NCBI GenBank assembly: GCA_951406725.2
Contig: OX597826.1
Span: forward strand, 67,518,001-67,582,000
From: Octopus vulgaris
Lineage: Eukaryota
Reading direction: 5' to 3'
DNA: 64,000 nt
Position numbers and translations under genes: made by a program. Under the pieces are notes generated by a model. That model searched no databases. It had not been told where the DNA came from and was given only the letters and a program-made list of their open reading frames with translations. The number at the start of each line of letters is the position of its first letter. Position 1 is the first letter of the stretch. This document shows, in pieces, positions 1 to 13,395 of this stretch.

Positions 1-2530
1 TCACCTTTCCACAAGCGAAAATTCGATCAACAATCCGCTAGCAGAAATACGATCAACTGTCCACTAGCGAAAATTCGATCATCTTTCCACAAACGAAAAT
101 TCGATCAACTGTCCGCTAGCAGAAATTCGATCAACTGTCCACTAGCGAAAATTCGATCAACTTTGCACAAGCGAAAATTAAATCAACTGTCCGCTAGCAG
201 AAATTCGATCAACTGTCCACTAGTGAAAATTCGATCAATGTCCGCTAGCAGAAATTCGATCAACTGTCCGCTAGAGAAAATTCGATCAATTGTCCGCTAG
301 AGAATATTCGATCAACTGTCCGCTAGCGAAAATTCGATCAACTGTCCGCTTGCAGAAATTCGATCAACTGTCCACTAGTGAAAATTCGGTCAATTGTCCG
401 GTAGAGAAAATTCGATCAACTGTCCTGCTAGCAGAATTTCGATCAACTGTCCACTAGAGAAAATTCGATCAACTTTCCACAAGCGAAAATTCGATCAACT
501 GTCCGCTAGCAGAAATTCGATCAACTGTCCACAAGCGAAAATTCGATCATCTTCCCACAAGCGAAAATTCGATCAACTGTCCACTAGCGAAAATTCGATC
601 AACTGTTCACTAGTGAATATTCGATCAATTTTCCGCTAGAGAAAATTCGATCAACTGTCCCCTAGCAGAAATCGATCATCTGTTCACTAGTAAAAATTCG
701 ATCAACTCTCCGCTAGATAAAATTCGTTCAACTGTCTGCTAGCAGAAATTCGATCAACTGTCCACAAGCGAAAATTCGATCAACTGTCCGCTAGCAGAAA
801 TTCGATCAACTGTCTACTAGTGAAAATTTGATCAACTGTCCGCTAGCAGAAATTCGATCAACTGTCCGCTAGAGAAAATTCGATCAACTGTCCGCTAGAG
901 AATATTCGATCAACTGTCCGCTTGCAGAAATTCGATCAACTCTCCACTAGTGAAAATTCGATCAATTGTCCGCTAGAGAAATTTCGATCAACTGTCCACT
1001 AGCGAAAATTCGATCAACTTTCCATAAGCGAAAATTCGATGAAATGTCCGCTAGCAGAAATTCGACCAACTGTTCACTAGGGAAAATTCGATCTACTGTC
1101 CGCTAGATAAAATTCGATCAATTGTCCGCTAGCAGATATTCGATCAACTGTCCACAAGCGAAAATTCGATCAACTGTTCACTAGTGAAAATTCGATCAAT
1201 TGTCCGCTAGAGTAAATTCGATCAACTGTCCGCTAGCAGAAATTCAATCAACTGTCCGCAAGCAGAAATTCGATCAACTGTCCACTAGTGAAAATTCAAT
1301 CAACTGTCCGCAAGCAGTAATTCGATCAACTGTCCACCAGTGAAAATTCGATCAACTGTCCATTAGCGAAAATTTGATCAACTGTCCGCTAGAGAAAATT
1401 CGATCAACTGTCCGCCAGCAGAAATTCGATCAACTGTTCACTAGTGAAAATTCGATCAACTGTCCGCTAAATAAAATTCGATCAACTGTCCGCCAGCAGA
1501 AATTCGATTAACTGTTCATTAGTGAAAATTCGATCAACTGTCCGCTAGATAAAATTCGATCAACTGTCCGCTAGCAGAAATTTGATCAACTGTCCACAAG
1601 CGAAAATTCGATCAACTGTCCGCAAGCAGAAATTCAATCAACTGTCCACTAGTGAAAATTCAATCAACTTTCCGAAAGCAGAAATTCGATCAACTGTCCA
1701 CCAGCGACAATTCGATCAACTGTCCACTAGCGCAAATTTGATCAACTGTCTGCTAGAGAAAATTCGATGAACTGTCCGCTAGCAGAAATTCGATCAACTG
1801 TCCACTAGCGAAAATTCGATCAACTTTCCACAAGTGAAAATTCTATCAACTGTCCGCTAGCAGAAATTCGATCAACTGCCCACTAGCGAAAATTCGATCA
1901 CCTTTCAACAAGCGAAAATTCGATCAACTTGTCCCATAGCAGAATTTCGATCAACTGTTCACTATTGAAAATTCGATCAACTGTCCGCTAGATAAAATTC
2001 GATCAACTGTCCACTAGCGAAAATTCGATCAACTTTCCACAAGTGAAAATTCGACCAACTGTCCGCTAGCAGAAATTCGATCAACTGTCCACTAGCGAAA
2101 ATTCGATCAACTTCCCTCAAGCGAAAATTCAATCCACTATCCTCTAGCAGAAATTCGATCAACTGTTCACTTGTGAAAATTCGATCAACTGTCCGCTAGA
2201 TAAAATTCGATCAACTGTCCGCTAGCAGAAATTCGATCAACTGTTCACTAGTGAAATTTCGAAACTGTCTGCCAGATAAAATTTGATCAACTGTCCGCTA
2301 GCAGAAATTCGATCAACTGTCCACAAGCGAAAATTCGATCAACTGTCCGCTAGCCTAAATTCGATCAAATGTCCACTAGAGAAAATTCGATCAACTGTCC
2401 GCTTGAGAATATTTGATCAACTGTCCGCTTGCAGAAATTCGATCAACCGTCCACTAGGGAAATTCGATCAAATGTCTGCTAGAGAAAATTCGATCAACTC
2501 TCCGCTAGCGAAAATTTGATCAACTGTCCA
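1..2530. repeat. 26-bp tandem satellite, left array
   Basis: Monomer GAAAATTCGATCAACTGTCCACTAGC / CAGAAATTCGATCAACTGTCCGCTAG repeats continuously and runs off the window start. Confidence 0.97.
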
Positions 2531-2872
2531 ACTTCTTTGATCTCTTTCGACACACTCTTTGATCTCTTTCGGGCCTCCTCTTTGATCTCTTTCGGCACAC
2601 TCTTTGATCACTTTCGGGACACTCTTTGATCTCTTTCGGCATTATCTTTGATATTTTTTGGGACTCCTCTTTGATCTGTTCCGGCACCCTTTTTGATCTC
2701 TTTCGGCACCATCTTTGATCTCTTTCGGCACCCTCTTTGATCTCTTTTGGGACTCTTCTTTGAACTCTATCGGCAACCTCTTTGATCTCTTTCGGCGCCC
2801 TTTTAGATCTCTTTCGACACACTCTTTGATCTCTTTCGGCACCCTCTTTGATCTCTTTCGTCACCGTCTTTT
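2531..2872. repeat. ~22-bp pyrimidine-rich minisatellite island inside the satellite
   Basis: About 15 copies of CTCTTTGATCTCTTTCGGCAC(A/C), with some 24-bp variants. Confidence 0.95.
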
Positions 2873-4813
2873 AAGTGTCCATTGGCGTAAATTCGATCAG
2901 TTGTCCACTGGCGTAAATTCGATCAATTGTCCAGTAGCACACACTCGATCAACTGTCCACTAGCTAAAATTCGATCAACTGTCCACTAGCAAAATTTCGA
3001 TCAAATGTCCACTGGCGTAAATTTTATCAACTGTAAATTTTATCAACTGTCAACTAACGAAAATTCGATCAACTGTTCACTAGCTAAAATTCGATCAACT
3101 GTCCACTACCGAAAATTCGATCAACTGTCTACCAGCTCAAATTCGATCAACTGTACGCTAGTGTAAATTCGATCAAATATCCACTGGGGTAAATTCGATC
3201 AATTGTCCACTAGCGCAAATTCGATCAACTGTCAAGCAGCACAAATTCGATCAATTATCCACTAGCGTAAATTCGATCAACTGGTGTAAATTCGATCAAC
3301 TGTCCTCTAGCGAATATTCGTTCAACTGTCCACTAGCGAAAATTCGATCAACTATCCTCGAGCGAAAATTCGATCAACTGTCGATTAGCGGACGTTCGAA
3401 CAACTGACCGCTTGTGTAAATTCGATCAACCGTACACTGTCGTAAATTCGATCAACTGACCACTAGTGAAAATTCGATCAACTGTCCACTAGCGAAAATT
3501 CGATCAAATTTCCGCTAGTGTAAATTCGATCAACCGTCCACTGGATTAAATATGATCAAATAGTACATTAACGCAAATTCGATCAACTGTCCACTGGCGT
3601 AAATTCGATCAATTGTCCTGTAGCACAAGCTCGATCAACAGTCCGCTAGTGTAAATTTGATTAACTCTCCGCTAGCTAAATTTCGATCAACTTTCAATCT
3701 AGCGAAAATTCGATCAACTCTCCACTAGCGAAGATTTTATCAATTGACAACTAGCGAAAATTCGATCAATTGTCAACTAGCGAAAATTCGATCAACTGTC
3801 CACTAGCAAAAATTCGATCAACTGTCCACTAGCTAAATTCAATCAACTGTCCACTGGTGAATATTCGATCAACCTTCTACGAGCAAAAATTCGAACAAAT
3901 GTCCACTGAAGGAATTCGATCAACTGTCCACTAGCGCATATTCGATCAAATGTCCACTAGAAAATATTCAATCAACTGTCCACTAGCGCAAATTCGATCA
4001 AATGTCAGCTGGTGTAATTTCGATCAACTGTCCACTAGTGAAAATTCGATCAATTGTCAACTAGCGAAAATTCGATCAAATGTCCCCTGATGTAAATTCG
4101 ATCAACTGTCCACTGGCGTAAATATGACCAATAGTACATTAGCGCAAATTCGATCAACTGTCCACTGGCGTAATTTCGATCCATTGTCCTGTAGCGCAAG
4201 TTCGATTAACTGTCCGCTAGTTGTAAATTTGATTAACTCTCCGCTAGCTAAATTTCGATCATCTTTCAATCTAGCGAAAATTCGATCAACTGTCCACTAT
4301 CGAAAATTCGATCAACTGTCCAGTAGCAAGAATTCGATCAACTCTCGACTAGCGAAGATTCGATCAACTGACAACTATCGAAAATTCGATCAATTGTCAA
4401 CTAGCGAAAATTCGATCAACTGTCCACTAGCTAAATTCAATCAACTGTCCACTAGTGAATATTCGATCAACCTTCTACAAGCAAAATTTGGAACAACTGT
4501 CCACAGAAGGAATTCGATCAACTGTCCACTAGCGTATATTCGATCAAATGTCCACTAGCAAATATTCAATCAACTGTCCACTAGCGCAAATTCAATAAAA
4601 TGTCAGCTGGTGTAAATACGATCAAATGTCCGCTGGTGTAAATTCGATCAACTGTCCACTAGCGCAAATTCGATCAACTGCCCACTGAAGGAAATTTGAT
4701 CAACTGTCCACTTGTGCAATTTCGATCAATTGTTCACTAGCGTAAATTCGATCAACTGTCCACAAGCGAAAATTCGATCAACTGTTCTCTAGGGCAAATT
4801 TGATCAACTGTCC
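2873..4813. repeat. 26-bp tandem satellite, right array (more diverged subfamily with a higher-order duplication)
   Basis: Same AAATTCGATCAACTGTCC core, with GCGTAAA/GCGCAAA/GCTAAAA variants largely absent from the left array. Confidence 0.96.
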
Positions 4814-5197
4814 AATTTCGCAGGACCAATGTATGGCTCTCATTATATCATTGTCGTGGATAGCTATTCCAAATGGCCTGAAGTGTGTAAAAGTTCAAGG
4901 CCAACCACAAGTGTGACTATTGACTTCTTGGAAGAATTGTTCTCTCGTTATGGAGTCCCAGATACGATCGTGTCGGATAATGGTACACAATTCACAGCGA
5001 AGGATTTCGAAAGATACTGTAAGTCGGTACAGATGAAGCATATGTTAACTCCGCCATACTATCCAAGGTCAAATGGGTTAGCGGAAAGTTTCGACAACAC
5101 TTTGAAGAGAACTTTAATGAAGACCAGACGGGAAAGCCTTGAAGATACAAATATGACAAAGTTTTTGCAGGTGTATAGAATGACAGCGAATCCAAAT
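4814..5197 (+). pseudogene. Ty3/gypsy LTR-retrotransposon integrase core (rve) fragment
   Basis: Reads (N)FAGPMYGSHYIIVVDSYSKWPEV...FSRYGVPDTIVSDNGTQF...PYYPRSNGLAE...LK...YR, the DDE integrase core motifs. Cut by the satellite at 5' and by a SINE at 3'. Confidence 0.93.
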
Positions 5198-5200
5198 AGA

Positions 5201-5515
5201 TATCACCGTGACCACCGTGACCGACCAGGAAATCAGAAGTTGCTACACATCGCTGATCACATTGCGCTTCGCATTGGTTTAGCCTCCAAATGACGCCACC
5301 CCGCTGGCTAAGCGAGCAGGCCAACAGAAGAAAGAGTGAGAGAAAGTTGTGGCGAAATATTACTGCAGGGATCCACACCACCCCCTGCCGAAGCATCGTG
5401 GAACTTTAGGCGCTTTCGCTCAACAAGCACTCACTTACAACACCCGGTCTGGGACTCGAAACCGCAAACCTACAACCGCGAGTGCGCTGCCCTAATCACT
5501 GGGCCATTGCGTCTC
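5201..5515 (-). mobile_element. tRNA-derived SINE family A, tail type 1
   Basis: Reverse complement of the copies at 36420 and 57630, with A/B boxes in the head. Confidence 0.88.
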
Positions 5516-5588
5516 TCTCCCCCCTCTCTCTCTCTCTCGCTCTCTCTCTCTTTCTATATATATATATACATATATTTATCTATCTATC

Positions 5589-5599
<11 letters not shown>

Positions 5600-5631
<32 letters not shown>

Positions 5632-5832
5632 CTGAGTTTGTTCACCACCACCGCTTGACAAACGCTGTTATATTTTTCTGCTCCCCGTAACTTAGCGTTT
5701 CAGCAAAACATCGATATGATAAGTATTAGGCTTAAAAAAACACACGTACTGGGTTCAATTTCTTGGGATAGAAAATCTTCGAGGCCATGCTCCGGTATGG
5801 CCGCAGTCTAATGACCGTAGCAAGTGAAAGAG
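5600..5832 (+). mobile_element. SINE family C, 3' half
   Basis: CGCTTGACAA...GTAACTTAGCG...TGGCCGCAGTCTAATGAC matches the 3' half of the 28808 copy. Confidence 0.75.
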
Positions 5833-6109
5833 ATGGTTCTCATGCTGTTTATTCTGTTTCTAACATATTAGTTAATAAACTTTTTTTTCTTTCTAATTAT
5901 TAAGCCGGCGAGAGTATTGACCTAAGGTATATGAATAATTGGTATTTCCAAAAAAAAACAAACAAAAAACAAAAAGAAAACAAACAAAAAACAAATTCGG
6001 CAAATCTTTTCTCTGCGCTGCTTTACAATAATTTCATTATTCCCTTTGTGATTACATAAACATCTCGAATTTCTTTAGAACTGATGTTAAACTAATATGA
6101 TGTGAAACC

Positions 6110-6896
6110 AATATATAAATATATATATATATTTATATTTATATACATATATATACATATTAATATATATATTAGATATATATACTTATATAGTTACTTA
6201 CCTATATGTATATATATATACTTGTGTATACATATACATTAGGTATATATGTAGATTATGTATATATATTATATACATATATGCATATATATATACATTT
6301 TCTTTTCTTTTTTTCTTCTCACTTACTTGTTATACACTTATGTATATATATATATACATTAGGTATATATGTATATTATGTATATACATTATACATAATA
6401 TATATATGACATATATATATACATTATACAAAATATATATATGACATATATATATATATATTCATGGTATATGTATATATATACATACATATTTATGTTT
6501 GTATATATATGTACATATGAGTGTGTTTGTGTGTGTGCGTGTGTGTGGAGGGTGTAATATGAAACAATAACTAATAGTTACCTCTGGTTTCATGGTTAGA
6601 CTTAGATGACAAATAAGTCCTTCCCTTGATAGGCGGCTGGTCAGAGCTAAGTAAATTTCCCAAATGACCTGATCGCCATTTTGCAGCAACTCTCCATAAA
6701 CTGGGTAAACATAAAAAAAGCAATGAAAACAACTCCACAGTGTATTCAAGTTTACCAAATATCAGTAGTTAATATATAAGAACCAAATCTACCTTTGTTA
6801 CTCCGTCTGTCTGTCTGTCTTGCTCGATCTTCTATAGCTCCATGTAACCTCATCGACTACGGTTCGCCTTCTGCGTGTCTGCCTTTATAATATACG

Positions 6897-6928
<32 letters not shown>

Positions 6929-7147
6929 TATATATATGTACATACATATATATATGTATATGTAAATACATGTATATATATATATGTACATACATGTATA
7001 TATATATATATATATGCACATACATGTATATATATATGTACATACATATAAATATACATGTACATACATGTAAATATATATATATATATATACATGTACA
7101 TATATTTATATATATAAATGTATGAATATACATATATATGTATATAT

Positions 7148-7178
<31 letters not shown>

Positions 7179-7312
7179 AATTTGTATATATATATATATA
7201 TGTATAACATATACATACATAGTGTTCGTATCTATCTATCTATTTATCTATCTATCTATGTATCTTTGTATGCGTATGTTGTGCGTTTTTGCTTGTGTCT
7301 ATGTATGAATGC

Positions 7313-7384
<72 letters not shown>

Positions 7385-7445
7385 TGCAGACACATATATG
7401 CGCGTGTGCCTGTATGTACGTACGTATATAGGTATGCATTATATA
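6110..7445. repeat. Compound (TA)n/(TACA)n/(TG)n microsatellite fields
   Basis: Direct inspection; interrupted by about 330 bp of unique sequence. Confidence 0.9.
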
Positions 7446-7644
7446 GTTGGTAACGAACGTAGTTTGTGCAACTTCAGTTCATTTGGGGGGAGATATTTAA
7501 TCAATGATATTACATGACAACTGAACGTTTATTCGGCGTTATGAATTCATGTGAATTCTATGAAATAAATCTACGTCAATTAAATAAACGAGATGAATGA
7601 ACATCAAATACAGCTTACATGATAAGTGTGTATGAATGTATATA

Positions 7645-8157
7645 CCGTAAATCCTCGAGTATAGTCCGCCCTTGAGTATAATACGCAGGGGATTTTTAGG
7701 GGGCTGTACCTCTGAAAACCCCAAACCTTGTGTATAATACGCACCCCTTCTCTAACTTGAGTCAAGGAAGTCTATATATCATCCTTGGTTTGTAAAAATG
7801 TATACGGTAACGTCATTTATTATTATTGTATATATAATATAATGCAAACGTGTAGCATTTTTTGTGCATTTTGCTTGCAGAAAATAAAGAAATAACAGTA
7901 ATAACGTTTAATAAATGTTGCTTACTGCAAGTTATGGATGATTGTTTTATGACTTCATTGCTTTCAGGCTTAGCTTAATGTATTTTCGTGCCTAACATCA
8001 CAAAATGCGTCTGAATAAACATTGCCGGACAGCAAATAGAGACTTGAACATTGCTTAGAAAAATAACTTTAATTTTTAACTTCGTGTATAATACGCACTA
8101 GGGATTATGACCATTAAATTTTGGGAAATTTTGCGGATTATACTCGAGGATTTACGG
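7645..8157. mobile_element. Non-autonomous Tc1/mariner-superfamily (Tc2/pogo-like) MITE
   Basis: 25-bp TIRs CCGTAAATCCTCGAGTATAGTCCGC / GCGGATTATACTCGAGGATTTACGG (1 mismatch), TA on both sides, and internal GTATAATACGCA repeats. Confidence 0.9.
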
Positions 8158-8576
8158 TATACATAATATCATACACTAACAAACATCCCTTGTGCTCTTT
8201 TGCATTTTTATTTAGAAATCTGACTGGGAATCCTAATCAGACACCGCCTTAAATAATTTAACTGTCAAAAGGACGCCAGCATCTTTAATGTTTTTTTTAA
8301 AAGTCAGAACCTTGTATTTTCGCTAGCTCTTCTTTTGCAGTTCAAGTTATGGGGACGCGTACAAGCCGAAGCATGTCAACTACAAACTCAAAATTAAACC
8401 AGTACAGATTTAGGCAAAGAAATTTTTCACTAATTTGGTCGAAAAATTTCTCACACGTTCATTGGATAACCCTGGATTATAGAAAAGATACCTGTCTGAT
8501 ATATTGGGTAATGGTACTTAATTCTAAAGCACATGGTTGCTATTGAAATTCCGTAATATTACAGCCATCCTTACGC

Positions 8577-9393
<817 letters not shown>

Positions 9394-10041
9394 ACGCATA
9401 AAACTTTGTTTTTGTATGAAATTAAATATAAAATAATTTCACATTAAACTGAAGGGGAACACAATACATTCTTTGTATAGTACAAAATGCATTATTTTTA
9501 ACCTGGAAAATCTTAACGGTGAATTTCATCGATATATATTTTACCAGGCCAAGGGAATTGTCTGGGCATCGGACGAGATACCATGCCCCATCTGTTCTAG
9601 CTGTTAATGTTTTGACAAAATGCTTGCAACGACTGCATCGTTTCTTGACTTTTATATGCTGAAAAACTGCAACCTTTTATCAATATATCTTCTCTTTCAA
9701 GAGGCAATTCCTAAATATTTATTCATGGTCCTGAGCGACATGCTAGGACCCGCAACTAGTAGTCGCGTATTTTGGGACAATAAAAGTGGGGAATGGAAAT
9801 GTATTAACAAAAAAATAACAAACAAACTTTTTTTTGGTTCCCATAAGTAATTTATCAGCGAAATTTATTGTGCAAATCTGTAAACAAATCAACACAAACT
9901 TTGAATCAACAATCAAATGTCTTTTCTGAAACATTAGTGGGGTTAATTTACTTGTCTAAGTGTAACAGCCGAATGTCTATAATTGAATAAGTCAACATAC
10001 AACATTTTGTTTTTTGGTATTATGACCAACAGAAGATTTAA

Positions 10042-10135
<94 letters not shown>

Positions 10136-10176
10136 GTGTGTGTGTGTGTTTATATATATTAGAATTTATTTGCTGT

Positions 10177-10208
<32 letters not shown>

Positions 10209-10781
10209 TATATATATATATATATGTATGTATATATATCAGAAAATAAAATCTAACACTTGAACAAACGTCTACAGCATCAACAACGACAAATGAAATA
10301 GAAATACACAGGGAGAAAAAAATAATAAAACAATACCTCAGGCAAATAAGAATAAAAAATAGTATGAAAAAACAAAGTCCCTCTAAATACGTAAAATACA
10401 GCAACATTATTAAAGTTTTCTATAATTATGACCGTGCGATCTAAAAACCCGAAAGCATAATAATGTTTTCGAATAATTCAACGAAGCGCGAACCGAGTCA
10501 AATGTTTGATCAAAGTTAATGATGGTGTTTTCTTTATATTCGTTTCGTCATTCCTCTTTCTTTCTCCCTTTTCTTTTTTTTTTACTTGATGTTTACCATT
10601 GTCATGCGGTTCGTTGAATTCGTAAATTACATTAGCTTAGAGGAAACAAACGCATTGTACTATACATACATATGTAACATATAAATAAAACACACACACA
10701 CACATGTGTATATATATATATATATATATGTATGTATTTATGTATGTATTTATATATGTATATATATGTGTGTATATATAC

Positions 10782-10814
<33 letters not shown>

Positions 10815-10815
10815 C

Positions 10816-10846
<31 letters not shown>

Positions 10847-10884
10847 CATTTAGAAGCCGCCGAGCTTGATTACGCACAAAACTA

Positions 10885-10916
10885 GCTATTATCGTTATTA
10901 TCATTATTATTGCCAT

Positions 10917-10964
<48 letters not shown>

Positions 10965-10997
10965 AACTACAACAACAACAACAACAACAACAACAAC

Positions 10998-11033
<36 letters not shown>

Positions 11034-11066
11034 TACAAATGCTATTAATGATAATAATAATAACAA
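10885..11066. repeat. Compound trinucleotide microsatellite (TAC)n/(AAC)n/(AAT)n
   Basis: Direct inspection. Confidence 0.9.
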
Positions 11067-11325
11067 CTGTATAATTGCGCGTATTACGGCGTAGAAACGA
11101 ACTATTGAAGCCTTCTTGAAACAGGATTATAAATTTCAATGAAGATGTGCAGACGTTGACGATATATCGATTTGAAGTTTTCCAATATTTGGTGACGCTG
11201 CTTATTCTTCTAATGATTCCATGGTAAATTATTACGGCTCCTGTTGTGTTTGTTCTCGTTTCGGGGCGCTGGGTTGGTGCTCGCTTAGCTATACGGGGTA
11301 ACTGCAGTGGTTGGGCGTTTTGTAA

Positions 11326-11816
11326 TGCCTGTTTTTTGGCAACACCATAACTGTTCTTGCTACCGACACTCCTGCCGCTGCTGCTACTGAAAATTCCGTT
11401 GCTGCTACCGATACTCCTGCTGCTACTGACATTCCTGCTGTTGCTAGTGATACTCCTGTTGATGCTACTGATACTCCTGCAGCTGAAGCTGATACTCCTG
11501 CTGCTGTTATTAATACTCCTGCAGCTGCTGCTGATACTCCTGTTGCTGCTACTGATACTCCTGCTGCTGTTGCTGCTACTGATACTCCTGCTGCTGCTAC
11601 TGATACTCCTACTGCTGCTAGAAATACTCCTAATGCTACTGAAACTCCCGATGTTGCTGTGATACTCCTGCTGCTACTGATACTCCTGCAGCTGTTGCTG
11701 ATACTCCTGTTGATGCTGCTGATACTCCTACTATTACTACTGATACTCCTGCTAGTGATACTCCTGCTGCTGCTAGTAACACTCCTGCTGCTACTGACAC
11801 TCAGTAGCAGTACTGG

Positions 11817-11850
<34 letters not shown>

Positions 11851-12042
11851 AAGGAGGAGGAGGAGGTCGATGATAATAATGATGATGGTGGTAGTGAGGA
11901 GGATGCTAAAGATAATGGTGATTATGACGGTGATGCTGATGATGATGTTGCTATCGCTGATGGTAGTGATGTTGAGGTGAATTTCACCCCCACCACTCAC
12001 ATTTGGCCACATTTTTTCACTGTGGCAATTAAGACGAAATAA
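11326..12042 (+). other. Low-complexity open frame: (T-D-T-P-A-A)n, then Leu/Ile tract, then Asp/Glu-rich tail; coding status unknown
   Basis: Stop-free + frame over a GCTACTGATACTCCTGCT minisatellite and a (GAT/GAG)n tract. No upstream ATG or convincing splice acceptor. Confidence 0.3.
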
Positions 12043-12184
12043 TTTGCATGCCGGGTTGATAAGATTGCAAGGAGTGTGTCAGAGCTTTTCCTCTTTGACC
12101 AAACCCTCGTCTGTTTCTATGGATTTTAGTGTCGGAGTGGAATGTAAGGGTTGAAATGGAATTGATGTCGTCTCGTGTACTTAA

Positions 12185-12409
12185 CCCATTAAATCCCACT
12201 GTCCTATAAATAGGACACTAAATGAGAACATTAAATAAGCTATATCACATTGTCTCAGTGTCCTATTTATAGGACACCGAGTATTTCCATTTCTACTTGA
12301 AGTAAAGGAGTTTTAATAATTTTTGTTTTTTCATTTTAACCTATTTTCAATCATCCGTAAAAATTTAAAAGTAATATTCAGAAATGTAAGTACTCTGGGA
12401 GTTAATGGA
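12185..12409. mobile_element. piggyBac-type MITE
   Basis: TTAA at 12181-12184 and 12410-12413; 14-bp TIRs CCCATTAAATCCCA / TGGGAGTTAATGGA (2 mismatches); two internal ~20-bp palindromes. Confidence 0.8.
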
Positions 12410-12689
12410 TTAATGAGAGGTGAGTGGGGTATGGTGAGAATCGCCCCCGTGAATGAGTTTACTCTTTGCTTTTACCTATAGAATGGAAAATAGTTGAAAG
12501 TGAACCCTCAGCTGTAGTAACCATGGCAATTGCTTGATTTACTTGGATGTTCTATTTTATTCCTTTTCTATTAAGTTGTTTATTATAAATGTTATTTCTC
12601 ACTTTCTTTTTATATAATCGATTCTGCGAAAAGCACACCCATTTTAAAAAATAATTTGACGTTCTTCTTTCATACAGAGAAGTTGGTTG

Positions 12690-13090
12690 ACTGGCAGAGC
12701 CGTGAAATCTTCTAACAAAATGGGATGCAGTGTTTCTCTTCGCTATTTAAGATCCGAGTTCAAATACCACTCAGTTCGACTCAATATTCATACATTCGGT
12801 GCCTATAAAATAAAATGCCAGTCAAGCACTAGGGCTCGATGTAATTAAGCTTCCATAAAATTGCTGGCCTCGTATAAACATCTGAAACTGTTTAAAGGAG
12901 CGAGCTGTCAGTATCATTAGCGCACGAAACAAAATAGTGAGCGTTTTGAGTTCAAATTCCGCTGGGTTCGACTTTGCTATTCATTCTTTCGTGGTAGGTA
13001 AATGAAGTACCATTTGAGCAATCGGTGCGATGTAATCGCCTATCTTCTTCTCTAACGTTTCAGGTTTTGTTCCAATCGTACAAATGATTA
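12690..13090 (+). mobile_element. Two decayed SINE family B copies in tandem
   Basis: CTGGCAGAG..GAGTTCAAAT..TCGACT..TCAT..TTCG..TAAA..TACCA core present twice. Confidence 0.7.
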
Positions 13091-13319
13091 TTACTATGAC
13101 TTTTAGGGCTGTTGATTGGGAAAATCATTTAAGGGTTGGGCAAAAATGACTTGGGCCATTAGGTCCTACTTTTATCCAATAAAATCAAATTCCGCAGGCA
13201 TCAAGTTTGCTTTTCATCTTTTCGATGAAATAAAATGGCTGCCAGATAATGGAGCTGATGAAATCGATTACTGACCACTTCCTCAAAACTACTACTCAGG
13301 TGCCTTACATAAAAAGCAA

Positions 13320-13395
13320 TTCTTCTTCTTCTTCTTCTTCTTCTTCTTCTTCTTCTTCTTCTTCTTCTTCTTCTTCTTCTTCTTCTTCTTCTTCT
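13320..13395. repeat. (TCT)n microsatellite
   Basis: Pure tract of about 25 units. Confidence 0.97.

Noticed and set aside
394-4558. ORFs in the satellite and the 22-bp island
   Set aside because: They are translations of 26- and 22-bp repeats cycling through frames, with stops scattered in all frames.
1-4813. CRISPR-like array (constant core plus variable part)
   Set aside because: The variable parts are only ~8 nt and recur as a few variants. There are no unique spacers and no cas genes, and the context is eukaryotic. It is a satellite.
8330-8546. Plus-strand splice acceptor and short ORF
   Set aside because: The acceptor looks plausible, but there is no recognisable protein or partner exon.
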